DNA of 63,348 nucleotides, counting the filler, from Ministeria vibrans ATCC 50519 (taxonomy: Eukaryota > Protista > Filasterea): NCBI GenBank assembly GCA_943704425.1. It is 6 parts of 6 records of this genome, joined end to end, with 100 filler letters (N's around TTAATTAATTAA, not from the genome) between each part and the next. Parts side by side here need not be neighbours in the genome. Positions count along the whole stretch, not along the records: positions 1 to 6,104 come from CALSCP010001676.1; positions 6,205 to 7,896 come from CALSCP010001175.1; positions 7,997 to 30,499 come from CALSCP010000904.1; 3 more parts are not named here. The stretch is one strand, 5' to 3'. Both the position numbers and the translations under genes were made by a program. Positions within the stretch are counted from its first letter, which is position 1. Every line of letters begins with the position of its first letter. The notes under the pieces were generated by a model. The model did not search any database. It was not told the DNA's origin and saw only the letters and a program-made list of their open reading frames with translations. Shown here piece by piece: positions 1 through 10,652 of this stretch.

Positions 1-282
1 TACCGTCCCGCCTTGCCTTGTTCAACAAAGACGGTAGATTCGAAAAACAGTGCAATACCGAAAAACTGGATCCTGATTTGAAATTCCAAAAAATACTTTT
101 TAATATCGGAGTTCTCAGCCCAGAAAATACCAGGATTCCGAAGACCCCAAATAACCAGATTTTTAAAAATACTATTAACCAGATTATTAACCAGATTATT
201 AAGAGACTAAAAATAAATTCTTATATGTAAAAACTTATTTTCAAAATGTGTTATTCTAATTTTTAGGTGAGTTAGTAATGAA

Positions 283-690
283 TTATTGAGTACCATATTC
301 AAGAATTAACTCGGCTTGTTTTGCAACAATAGCCTCATAAGCAGCATCATATCCACAGCGCAGATATCGTTTTGTAATGCTCTTATGATTACCGTCTTTG
401 TCGCGATATTGTATCTTAAGATGCTTATTAACTTCGTCGTCAACAATGGTGAACTTCTTAAAGCAGCCATCAGAGAGCCAATTTTTATGCCCAATAGAGC
501 GCAGATGATGAGACAGAGCATATTTAGCAACGACTTGACCGCAATCACACCTTATCTTTTGTTGCTGTTCATCCATATGATCAGCATAGTATTGTTTATG
601 TTGTGCCTGAAACTTCTCCTTATTAGCAAGATATCGTTTAGCGTCGCGTTCTTTTTTGCGAACTTTATTCACTATCAGTTTGTCATCCAT
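283..690 (-). CDS. Virus-like small DNA-binding protein (CxC..H..H zinc-finger-like motif plus AP2-like C-terminus)
   Basis: Intronless AT-rich ORF. KIRCDCGQVVAKYALSHHLRSIGH follows a K/Y/Q-rich helix. The C-terminal IQYRDKDGNHKSITKRY..GYDAAYE resembles AP2-like domains of viral HNH/GIY-YIG-associated proteins. Confidence 0.55.
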   Translation of the reverse strand: MDDKLIVNKVRKKERDAKRYLANKEKFQAQHKQYYADHMDEQQQKIRCDCGQVVAKYALSHHLRSIGHKNWLSDGCFKKFTIVDDEVNKHLKIQYRDKDGNHKSITKRYLRCGYDAAYEAIVAKQAELILEYGTQ

Positions 691-865
691 ATTGTATACT
701 TCATAAAACGCTCAACTCTTTAGGTGTTAATGTGGATCCCGAAATAATGAATCGACCGAAGGGAGACATTTAACAAGCCAGTTACCAAGCCCCCTAATAA
801 GCCTCATAATAAAGCCCTGTGCATCGCCCTAATACGTCTTTTGCGACTACACTCAACCACCGACA

Positions 866-1021
866 TCACCTCTTTTTCGGCTTCTTTGGTTTAGGAACTC
901 TTTTACCAAGCCCTTTAGCAACATCTTCTAAAAATTTACTAGACCCCTTAGTATCCAACTTATAAGTCTCTTTAGCAATCTTCCTTTGTTTTTTCTGCTC
1001 GTTTTTCTTAAATTGGGTCGT
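866..1021 (-). pseudogene. 5'-truncated lysine-rich ORF fragment, probably from the same virus-like segment
   Basis: Reads TTQFKKNEQKKQRKIAKETYKLDTKGSSKFLEDVAKGLGKRVPKPKKPKKR*. No start codon; an in-frame TAA lies directly upstream. AT-rich codons. Confidence 0.35.
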
Positions 1022-1062
1022 TTAACACGCCTCTCACTCAATGAAAATCTTTGTATTTGTTA

Positions 1063-1857
1063 TCAAACGCACAAATTCTCGGGGTAAGGCAAGTCACAGG
1101 CTACATACGGATCGGGCTTGGCTTGATTATTATTTGCGCAAGCGTTTCTTGTGCCCCCTCCTCCTGGGCAACTAGAGCTCGGACAGCTGTGAAGGCATTG
1201 CGCACAAATCACGTCATTGCAAGAACAAACTGCGTAGCGTTCTGCGTTGGTCCAAGTTGCAAAGTATAGCCGGCGATCAGCAACTCCCATGTCGCCAATC
1301 CACACGGTCCCAGTCGGACAAGTAAACGATTCGGCTGAAGGGCTGGGTGTTGGCGTAATGTGTTGCTCACACACGATACCATCAAAGCCGTCGGCACACG
1401 TGCACATGAAGCTGTCAGGTTCTTCGCTGCATGACCCCCCATTGACGCAAGGAGACGACGCACACTCGTCAACGTTGGTCTGACACCTGATTCCTGTGAA
1501 TCCACTGGCACACATGCACAGAAACCCGCCAGCGTCACTCGTGCACACGCCCCCGTTTGAGCAAGGGCTCGACATGCAATTGTCCACACTGGTGGTAGTC
1601 GAATTACTTGTGTTGCAAGAGCATGACTCAACAAGAGCCACAAGCGTAGTAGCTCTTCCCTCGAGTGCCGCCAAACGAGACATATCCGCCTCAGTGGCCA
1701 CCTTGGACCCGTTGACATAGAGATCCCCGTTGACGATAACAGACCGACTCTCAGCGGGCCTGAGAACAATGTTACCGTCGTCGTTCTCAATGTCGACGTC
1801 GTTCGCCCTGGCGGTGGCAAAAAGATAAAGGGCAAGCAAAGAAAAAAGAGGCCGCAT
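1063..1857 (-). CDS. Secreted protein: signal peptide, cubilin-N-like beta segment and coiled coil, two EGF-like domains, Cys-rich C-terminus
   Basis: Signal MRPLFSLLALYLFATARA. EGF repeats DNCMSSPCSNGGVC...FLCMCASGFTGIRC and NVDECASSPCVNGGSC...CTCADGFDGIVC. Confidence 0.8.
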   Translation of the reverse strand: MRPLFSLLALYLFATARANDVDIENDDGNIVLRPAESRSVIVNGDLYVNGSKVATEADMSRLAALEGRATTLVALVESCSCNTSNSTTTSVDNCMSSPCSNGGVCTSDAGGFLCMCASGFTGIRCQTNVDECASSPCVNGGSCSEEPDSFMCTCADGFDGIVCEQHITPTPSPSAESFTCPTGTVWIGDMGVADRRLYFATWTNAERYAVCSCNDVICAQCLHSCPSSSCPGGGGTRNACANNNQAKPDPYVACDLPYPENLCV

Positions 1858-3946
1858 CTAAAACGAAAAAGAAACGAAAAAAAGTTACCGCTCATCCGAC
1901 CCTTCACCGACCCCAAATACCAGTCACATATCAACCCCATACACAACTGGCACAAACGATAGCAACGGAAATTACGTACAATCCGCAGGCGAGACAAAAG
2001 ACGCATTCCAAAAAAACGAGAACAAAAGACCCCAACCACATCAGCCCCCGCGGATCACTCCAAACAAGCAAACATCGCCCACAAACACCAGTAACACGCA
2101 CGCGAGCGACATAAGTCATGCAATTTGTAGGTGGCACGAAAAACGAAATTTACAAAAAAAAAAAAGAACCCGGCCATAATCAGACACAAAACAAAATCAT
2201 TAAAAAAAACTAAAAAAAAAAGAGAATGGCTGAATTTTTGCTGAACAAAGAGAGTTATGAAAAGCGCTAAAAACAGCCCGCCGATGGACCGAATGAGTCT
2301 AGAGATGCTCCAAGACAAAAAGCTGGGATAATAGGGGATATATCTCAAAGAAGGGCGAAGAACACGATGAAATGAAAAAAGCGACAAATTGGCACAAAAA
2401 AATAGGAGAGCGACATTTCGACAACTGTCATCCGACAAATCTCTAACGAGAAGTCGACCGCCGAAGATGAATAGACTACCATATAATTGCCTTGGTACTT
2501 CAGACTCTAAGGCAGTCAAACAGAGTTCTGTGAAAGGCGCGTGTTCAATTCTCAGCCCATGCATGGTTGACTGTGTGCAAAGAATGTGCAGAGCACGAAA
2601 TACGCGAAGAGGAGCTCATCCGGCGACATTTGTCTGGTACTACAGCATTCATAGGCCATTTTACACTACTATAGGGGGTAGCGTAGCGCTGCGGTCGATC
2701 TAGTAGACGTGTTTCATGCATGTCCATGGGTTTAGTTTTCACATGGCATCTCCGGCCACCCACTCTCGAGGCATTGCAATCGGTAGTTGCACTGGAATAC
2801 GGAGTTTTACACTATTGTTGACACTATGGTCGCTATAGACACTGAAAACGGTCTCTGCTCAGGGGTGATAGTATCGTAAACTCATCGTAATTTTTTTTAC
2901 GTCGAACATTGGCAAAGTGCAGAAAATGCAAGCGTATTCTTTTCGTACGATCCTGATCCTTTGGATTTTGAAGTACGTCTTAAGATTTGCCTTTTCGGTT
3001 CAAAAGAAACAAAGAAAGATAAAAATGAAGTCAAAGACAGACAAAATGTACAGGACACACAAGTGTGAGCATTTCTCTCAACATATGTAAAGAAAATAGT
3101 CAAAAATATTCACACTCGTCAGTTCAGTTTTGTAGTCGTTGTTACAACTAAGGCGAACAGTAGTCAGTAAGTAAATGTGTCATGTCATGTGTCAGTGTTG
3201 TGGTGTGTACACGGAGTTGGTGTGATGGGGGCTTTCGCGTGGAAGTCTTACCGAAGTCTTACCCCTAGCCCTTCTCCCCGCCCGTTTGGCGCGTGTGTCG
3301 TCTTATATCCTTCGATATTCTATATCTGTCAGTTCGTGAGAACTTTTCTGGGAATGGCTAGCGAGGGGCTGTGAGGCGCCCGCAACTGAACAGGTTTCTC
3401 GCTTGATTCTGCGTCTGCAGCGGGGTTTCCCTTGAATTTCCCTTGACCTCTTTCCCTTGAAAGAACGACTCGAGGCTGGACGATCGCCGCTGATCATTGT
3501 TTCAGATATAGAATGGGCGGTGCTCTATGGCTGTAGAGGTTGACGGGATGTGAGTATGGGCTTTTGCCCGTGGTGTTAGCTGTTCGTTTTTTTTCTCTTT
3601 CGACATTTCATTTCTCGCTTATTGCTGGCAAATCTTACCGCGTCCGCTCTCCATTATTTGCGTATATGGCGGAAGTATTGTATTAGTTCTTTTGCCTTTT
3701 GCTTTTGAGTAAACTCTTATTAGGACATTTTGAACATCCCATTCCTCATTGAAATTCTTGAAAAACTAAAAAATTACTCAAATACATATACGAGGATGAA
3801 TGATAAGAATGAATGCGTGTATAGTTAAGAGACTAAATAAGAGAATGAATAAGAATTTTAAAAAAGAACATAATAATTAATTATAATAAATATAACATAA
3901 TATAATATACTCTCTCAACCACTATTGCACTTTGCATAGATAGCCA

Positions 3947-5465
3947 ATGACGCCGGATGAGGTCTATGGAAGCCCTCTGTGGCTTGCTCTTTTGAAGCTT
4001 CTTCTATTTCTCTCCAATCTCGGCGAAAATCTCACGGCAGTGTATCTGCTCGACACATCCCAATTCGGCTTCCGAAACCTTTACTTAGTGTTCTTCGGCG
4101 TCGATGTCCTCACTGGCCTCACAATGATTGTTTTGCGGAATTGGACTGGATTTGGAGTTGTTGGAGTCATGCTGGAGTGCCTGCAAACATCTCTATTGAT
4201 TGTCCTTTCAACGCGATCTCCAGCGGCGTACGCCTCGTTTCCTGTCTTTCTAGTCCTGCAACTTACTCTTCACCTCATCATATGGCACAATGAGAAGAGC
4301 GACAAACCGTACCCAAGAAAAGCCATTCAAGGTAGCCCATCAGAAAACTATTATTGATTTTCTAAAATTTCGTTTGTTTTAGTTGGAGGAGTGATCATTG
4401 TGGTCGCCTCATTTATCCCCTTTCTGTACGTGTGGTTCGATTCTCAAAGCTTTTTCTCCACGTTGCTCATGGAGACCGTTTTTACACTGGCACTCTCGTG
4501 CTATGCGACCTTCTTAACATGGGCGACAGTGCCGAATATTTCCGAGGAATGCCTTAGCCTCGGACAGGATGTGAAAGAGGCCAAAAAAGAGGCGGGAGAA
4601 TTTACACGCTTAAGCAAAATGGTTTTCCCGTCAAATGACAACACCACCGCAACGCAGAGCGGTACTCAAAGAGAGAACAATTCCGGCAGCAGAACGACAA
4701 GCGCAAATGGTCAAGGGGACGTGTTTGCAGAGTGTGCCGTTTTCTGTTGCGTCTTCCTCATTGCCATTTGGGTGTGGCTAAAATTATTAGAAGCATGCTT
4801 CCACGCCTGTAAGGATACCAAATGGAAGAAGAAGAACGTAACTTGTTTTTTATTATTATTTCGGTGTGATATCTCTAGATCGCATGGCTTGGCTCGTGTC
4901 GCGCTGTCTATGTGAAAAAGTGAGCAAGCAGTCCATATTTTGGGAGTTTTGGAATTTATTTGGATTCACTTTGCTGTGCGGCCCAATGATGGTCATGCCC
5001 TTTGTACTCCTTGGCGACACAGGCTACACGCCAAGTTCCTACGAGTCTTTTGTCACGGCAATCACGGCAATTCTTGGTATTGTCATTGTGCCCGCGTCAG
5101 GCCTTGTCCTTTTCAATGTTCTTCGACGCACATTCTCATCGCCGTGTCACCACGAGCGCACCGTCGAAATCAAAGCCTTGGAAACTGTCACATCAGATGC
5201 CCACCTGACGAGCCATACGTCGTCGGCAAGCCTGACCGAGCGCAGTGGTCATTCTCGCTCAAGCACAGTGTCAGTGAGCCACGTTGTAAGTGTGCCCATT
5301 CGTGACCAGAGTGCCGATGGTGCGCGAGAGAATGGGGATTCCGACGATGAAGATGACAAAGAAGAGGAATCGCAGCAGCCGTTGCGCGGACTTGAATTGA
5401 ACACACTTCAGAAAGAACATGCGGCACATTCTGTTGTTCCGATGACAGTATCTCACTTACAATAA
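3947..5465 (+). CDS. Multi-pass membrane protein of unknown function, probably 3 exons
   Basis: Three hydrophobic ORFs can be joined by GT-AG introns at about 4332-4382 and 4838-4878. Acidic/Ser-rich C-terminal tail. Confidence 0.55.
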
Positions 5466-5597
5466 AACGAAATTCTTGAAAAAAATTATACTGTTCGGAC
5501 ATGAAATTCCTAACTAATTACTCGTCGTAATTGTTTTACCTTGAGTTTTTACTTTATCAAAAAATAAACAACAGCCTCAATCTTCCTGACTGCTTAA

Positions 5598-5671
5598 ACA
5601 ACAACATCAACCTTACACTTGTGGCCCAAAGAGACAACAACATCAACCTTACACTTGTGGCCCAAAGAGAC
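5598..5671. repeat. Tandem duplication of a 36-bp unit
   Basis: ACAACAACATCAACCTTACACTTGTGGCCCAAAGAG occurs twice, head to tail. Confidence 0.85.
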
Positions 5672-6104
5672 TATTATGGTGTCACATCCCAAAACTCGCT
5701 CAAGCGCGGGGGATATGGCGTTCTATTGCAATAGCCCCACTATTATTATGACATTAATTTAATACTATTGTTGAAGAGAGCGTTATAACATGAGGCAGAG
5801 GCCGCAGTGCATTACTGTATGGTTCGATATGTGATAAAAGTTGTTTTGAGTGGCTTTCCGTTTTCTTTGGTCTACTCGGCGTCATACAGAGTGTATTCGC
5901 CCGAGAGAGTGAGCGTTTTCTTTGTGCCGACATATGATGCCTGTAGTTTCGTGAGTTTGAGAAAATGATTGTAGGGCAGTGGTCGTGTGTGCTCCCCAAA
6001 CCGGTTGGTGTCCAATCGTGACCTGTAACATACGAGAACGGTATTTAGAAACAAAAAAATATGAGTTTCACTATTAAATTAATTCACAATCATCACAATT
6101 TTCT

Positions 6105-6204
6105 NNNNNNNNNNNNNNNNNNNNNNNNNNNNNNNNNNNNNNNNNNNNTTAATTAATTAANNNNNNNNNNNNNNNNNNNNNNNNNNNNNNNNNNNNNNNN
6201 NNNN
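6105..6204. other. Assembly gap with artificial TTAATTAATTAA six-frame-stop linker (same at 7897-7996, 30500-30599, 32057-32156, 55703-55802)
   Basis: Identical 100-nt N-linker-N structure at five places. Confidence 0.95.
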
Positions 6205-6424
6205 CAAGGTTCAGCATGATAAGAAATTGGTTTGGAATTGAGATTTTGGACTTTCGACTTTTCACTTTGGACTTTGGACTTTTACTTTCTATTGCTCAGA
6301 ACCCACCCATTTTAAAAATTGGACTTTGACTCAAATATATCAAACCTCAAAAATAGTATGCATGATTCATTCAAACTTCCAACCGCTGTGCTGTCTGCGA
6401 TCGAAAATGAGGAAACAAAAAGAG

Positions 6425-7850
6425 TTACTCGACAGTGATGGTGGTGGGACGACTGGGAAGCGGGGTGTCGGAGTCATGGGCGTCCTGGGCGTTGACCAAG
6501 AGCCCCTGGGTGTCGTGGCGACGGCCGTGACCCCGCCGGCGCGCGGTGATGAACTTGGCGCGACGGCGTTTGCGCATGACGTAGGTGAAGCACACCGTGC
6601 CCATAATGCCGACAAGGAAGGTGGCAAAGGCAACGACAGACGCAACCGAGATGGACACCTGGTGACTCGGGCAGGAGTCCGGGTCGCCCGAGGCACCCAG
6701 GGAGGTGAGGGCCGTGGCAAAGCGACACTGCGGACTGCTGGGTGTGTCGACGCAAATGATGTGGCGCACCGAGTCTGGGTTGTCGGTGCACGTAAAGGGA
6801 ATGCCGTACGACGCGAGGTCTTGCGCAAGCAGCACGAGCGAGCCGCTGCCGCACGCCTCGGGCGGCGTTAGCGTGTCGTTGCGAATCATCAAAATGTCCA
6901 CTTTGGTCACCTGTGCGCGGTTCAGATTGGGCAGTTCGTAGCGCGAGAAGTACGACGAGCGCCGGTAGGCCAGGCGTGAGGCAGTCGCCGCGAGAAGCAA
7001 CGAAAAGTCCCCTTGAACGCCACGTGCAAAGTCGGTCGACGCCATCTGCCAGAACGAGTCTTCGGCGCCCATCATGTTACCTGTGCCGTCGTCAAAGTAG
7101 CCAAATGGACAGGTCGTGTAGTTAACGGCGGGAGTGTCCCAGGGGGTGCCCGCACACCACGACAGTCCGTTGGTAACGCTGCCCGTTTGTGTGTCCTAAC
7201 AAACGAACAACACCAGAGTGAGAGCTTTTCACAGATATATATATAGAGGAGAAAGAAACAAAGTGATAGAGAGAGGAGAAAGAAAAAAGGTGATAGAAAC
7301 AAAGTGATAGAGACATACACACACACACCGACTCATACATATGTACATACACTCACTCACTCACTCACTCACCTCCAAGGTCCAGTAACGCCCGCCATCA
7401 TCACTAAGTTCGTGAACAACGTCCCGTGAGCCACTCCAAAACATCGCTTTGTTGCGGGGAGTCGAGAAGTTGGCGTATTGGGTCTGCGGAAGGAAAGACG
7501 CGTGAGAACTTGGTCGTGTGCGCCTCACACTCACCTGGAAGTCGCCATAGTTCTGCATAGACACACTGTTGCTGGGAATGCCCTTCCACGAGTCGAAGAA
7601 GGAAGTGTAGACAGCGCTGCAATCGAGCTGGAGAGAGAGAGAGAGAGAGAGAGAAGTAGAAACCAAACGAAAAAAAAGAAAATTGTGAGAGTTTGTTTTG
7701 GTTTTGAGTACTTTCTACCTTTGGAGATCGTTCAAAGCATCGCCCAACAAAGATAGGCTCCAGATGTAAAGTCGTGCCGGCCTTGGTGTCGGGGAAATTT
7801 TGCCCACAGGCGAGAGAGGTGAGAAGGACGACAAGAGCTATTCTGTGCAT
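6425..7850 (-). CDS. ADP-ribosyl cyclase / NAD glycohydrolase (CD38/CD157 family), type I membrane topology, 3 exons (7850-7719, 7627-7373, 7195-6425)
   Basis: Spliced product has GTT..IFVGRC, DCSAVY..F, PRNKAMFWS, WTLE|DTQTGSVTNGLSWC (TLEDT signature), SFWQMAS..FA, SYFSRYELPNL (catalytic Glu) and C-terminal Cys pairs. Signal peptide at the N-terminus, TM helix near the C-terminus. Confidence 0.92.
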
Positions 7851-8347
7851 GACAGGGAAGTGCGCGATCGCCATGTGACGCAGCAAAAGTGGGGGGNNNN
7901 NNNNNNNNNNNNNNNNNNNNNNNNNNNNNNNNNNNNNNNNTTAATTAATTAANNNNNNNNNNNNNNNNNNNNNNNNNNNNNNNNNNNNNNNNNNNNTTTT
8001 TTTAGAGCCCTGTTGAAGATACGCTGTCACCGACAAGCGAATACGTACCCTGCGTACATAGCATGGTGGAGGAGAGGGGGGCACATGCGGCAAATGGGGG
8101 GTTTGGCAATGAGGAAAGAACTTACTCGTTTGCTGATTGAGAGACGGGCGATCGTGACAGTCCTTCCTCCGCCTTCAAGCCGTCGACGTGCTTTTGCCAC
8201 TTGGATGCTTCTTCAGACATGGTTGTATATTGACGAAAAAAAAAAAAAAAATACTTCGTATAATATATTATTTTCTTTAAATGAGCAAAGACTTATCAAA
8301 GCCGCTCAAAAGGTTAATTAGGCAATTACAAAGTACAAAGATGCGCA

Positions 8348-10522
8348 TTATTTGCGCACGTGATTTGGTACAGGACACATAAAGTGCCGCTGCTCGACGA
8401 GCGTGGCATTGATGGATTCGCGTAGCGCGGCGACAGCGGCCTCACGACAAATACTCTCGAGATCGGCACCGCTTTTGCCCGCGCTTTGTCGTGCGACCTC
8501 TTCCAGAGAGACTGCTGGGGCAAGAGGCATGGCACGGGTATGAACACGGAGAATGGCTAGGCGTGTGGGCTCGTCGGGTAGCGCCACTTCAAAGACACCG
8601 TCAATGCGACCGGCGCGCACCAGTGCAGAGTCGAGGGCGTCACGGCGATTGGTTGCGGCGACCACAAGCACACTCGCATTGCCCACGACACCGTCCATCT
8701 CGTTGAGGAGCGTCGACAAGACCCGCTGTTGCACTTGCGCGCCTCCATCGGCGTCTCCAGCAGACGCTCGGGTAGCACCCGCGACAGCGTCAATCTCGTC
8801 GAAGAAGAGCACAGCGGGAGCGTTGCGACGTGCTCGCTCAAACGCCTCGCGCACACACCGCTCTGCATCGCCGACAAACGGCGAAAAGACTTGCGCGGCG
8901 GAGAGAGTGAAAAAGGAACAGCTGGCAGTGGAGGCAAGGGCGCGTGCCAAGGACGTCTTGCTGCAGCCAGGCGGGCCGTGCAGAAGAATGCCGCGCGGCG
9001 GTCGCAGCCCGAGACGCGTGTACGTCGCTGCGTAGCGCAGAGGCCACTCGACGGCCCGTTGCAGCGCCTGCTTCACCAACGCATACCCGCCAATGTCGTC
9101 CCAGGCCGTGGTGCTGTCGTGCGCCCGTACATGCGTGATCATTGATCCGTCACGACGTCCCGACGGCGTCGTCGCGAGTAACGCCACCTCGAAGTCGTCG
9201 CGTGTGACCAGCTGCCGCCGATGTTGCACGGCATGGAGAGCGGCAGTGCGCACAAGGGCAACCAAGTCCGCACCAACAAAGCCCGGCGTGACCTCGGCGA
9301 GCTCGCGGAGGCACACGGTGGTAGGGTCGAGGGTGAGGGGAGCACAGCGATGCGCCAGGATGGCAGCGCGTGCCGACGTCGAGGGCACGTCGACGGCGAC
9401 CTCGCGCTCGAAACGACCGGGTCTGCGCAGCGCACGATCAATGGAATGCACGCGGTTGGTCGTCGCTACGACCACGTAAGGCAGGCGCGACGCTGTCGAC
9501 TGAAGACCGTCCATGAGCGTAAGCAGCTGTGCGACCACTCGCGCCGCATGCTGGTCGTCGCTGGAGCGTTGCGGACACAGTGCATCGAGTTCGTCAAGAA
9601 GAAGCACACAGGGAAAGCCCGAGGCACTCACCCGTTCGGCCGAGGCAAAAGCTCGTCGTAGTGCCGCTTCACTCTCGCCCGTGTGTCGTCCCAAAATGTC
9701 CGCGGCCGTCACCTGCAACAGTTGTGCACCACATTTCGCTGCCGCCGCTCGTGCCAGCGACGTTTTCCCACACCCAGGGGGTCCATGCAAGAGAATACCT
9801 CGAGGGCAGGCAAGACGCAAGTGTGCAAGGGCTTCGCGACGCTTCAGCGGCAGCTCAATGAGTTCCACAAGCATGTCAAAGGTGTCGTCGAGACCGGGCA
9901 GTGGCGAATGTGCCGGTGGTGGTGTTTCGTGCTTCGCCGCAGAAGTAGCGGAAGCAGATGAGACAAGAGCAAAGCGAGTGTGTGCTGTCACCAGGTGCGT
10001 CGTTGCCGTCGCGGTCGCTGTGGCTGTGGATGAGGCAGAGCAGCCACTGACAATGTCAACGACAACACCTGCAAGGGTGCGTGTTTCGTCGAGCCACACG
10101 TAGGCACCCGGTCGAAGAGCACAGCCTCGAAGGGCAGTACGCAGACGAGCAATGAGAAGGTGGTTGGCGGGGGAGGCGGCGAGACAGGCGGCAGTCGGTC
10201 GGAGGAAGACGGCGTCGGCGTTGACGACAGCGCTCTCCGCGACCATTCCAACGCTTGTTGTTGATCCAATAATCGCCGTGCGTCGGGAAACTGCCTTCCA
10301 GCATGCGGTGGCGTCCTCTTGCGAGCCCGCCAAGACCACAGTGGGATCGATCGCCAGCTCGCCCCCACGCAGCTGCGCCCCCACGCACAGACGCCCAAGA
10401 ACACTCGTTTGCTCCGTCACCTGTACCTCGACAAACGTGCTTGCCAAGCCCACAAAACACTCCGGAGCCACTCGTATTCTAGCTGTGCCCGCATCTTGCA
10501 GTCCTCCAGATACAATGTGCAT
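8348..10522 (-). CDS. Double AAA+ ATPase, AFG2/SPATA5(L1)-like, intronless
   Basis: Walker A GPPGCGKT and GPPGCSKT; Walker B LLLDELD and LFFDEID; SRH ALRRPGRFE. Confidence 0.88.
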   Translation of the reverse strand: MHIVSGGLQDAGTARIRVAPECFVGLASTFVEVQVTEQTSVLGRLCVGAQLRGGELAIDPTVVLAGSQEDATACWKAVSRRTAIIGSTTSVGMVAESAVVNADAVFLRPTAACLAASPANHLLIARLRTALRGCALRPGAYVWLDETRTLAGVVVDIVSGCSASSTATATATATTHLVTAHTRFALVSSASATSAAKHETPPPAHSPLPGLDDTFDMLVELIELPLKRREALAHLRLACPRGILLHGPPGCGKTSLARAAAAKCGAQLLQVTAADILGRHTGESEAALRRAFASAERVSASGFPCVLLLDELDALCPQRSSDDQHAARVVAQLLTLMDGLQSTASRLPYVVVATTNRVHSIDRALRRPGRFEREVAVDVPSTSARAAILAHRCAPLTLDPTTVCLRELAEVTPGFVGADLVALVRTAALHAVQHRRQLVTRDDFEVALLATTPSGRRDGSMITHVRAHDSTTAWDDIGGYALVKQALQRAVEWPLRYAATYTRLGLRPPRGILLHGPPGCSKTSLARALASTASCSFFTLSAAQVFSPFVGDAERCVREAFERARRNAPAVLFFDEIDAVAGATRASAGDADGGAQVQQRVLSTLLNEMDGVVGNASVLVVAATNRRDALDSALVRAGRIDGVFEVALPDEPTRLAILRVHTRAMPLAPAVSLEEVARQSAGKSGADLESICREAAVAALRESINATLVEQRHFMCPVPNHVRK

Positions 10523-10652
10523 CTGAACTCTGAAGAAAATTGAAAAATTGAAATTGTGAAATAAAAATAATATAATCATAAAAGTATCACTCAATTCTCA
10601 AATTTCGACAACAACACACCGCCCACTCTCCAATTTCACGCAAAATTAGCAT

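Noticed and set aside
2675-2706. Short GC hairpin followed by CTAG-T, like a Helitron 3' end
   Set aside because: Weak stem, no second copy or Rep/helicase in the window; cannot be supported.
5598-5671. 36-bp direct repeat of CRISPR-like length
   Set aside because: Two abutting copies with no spacer; a simple tandem duplication.
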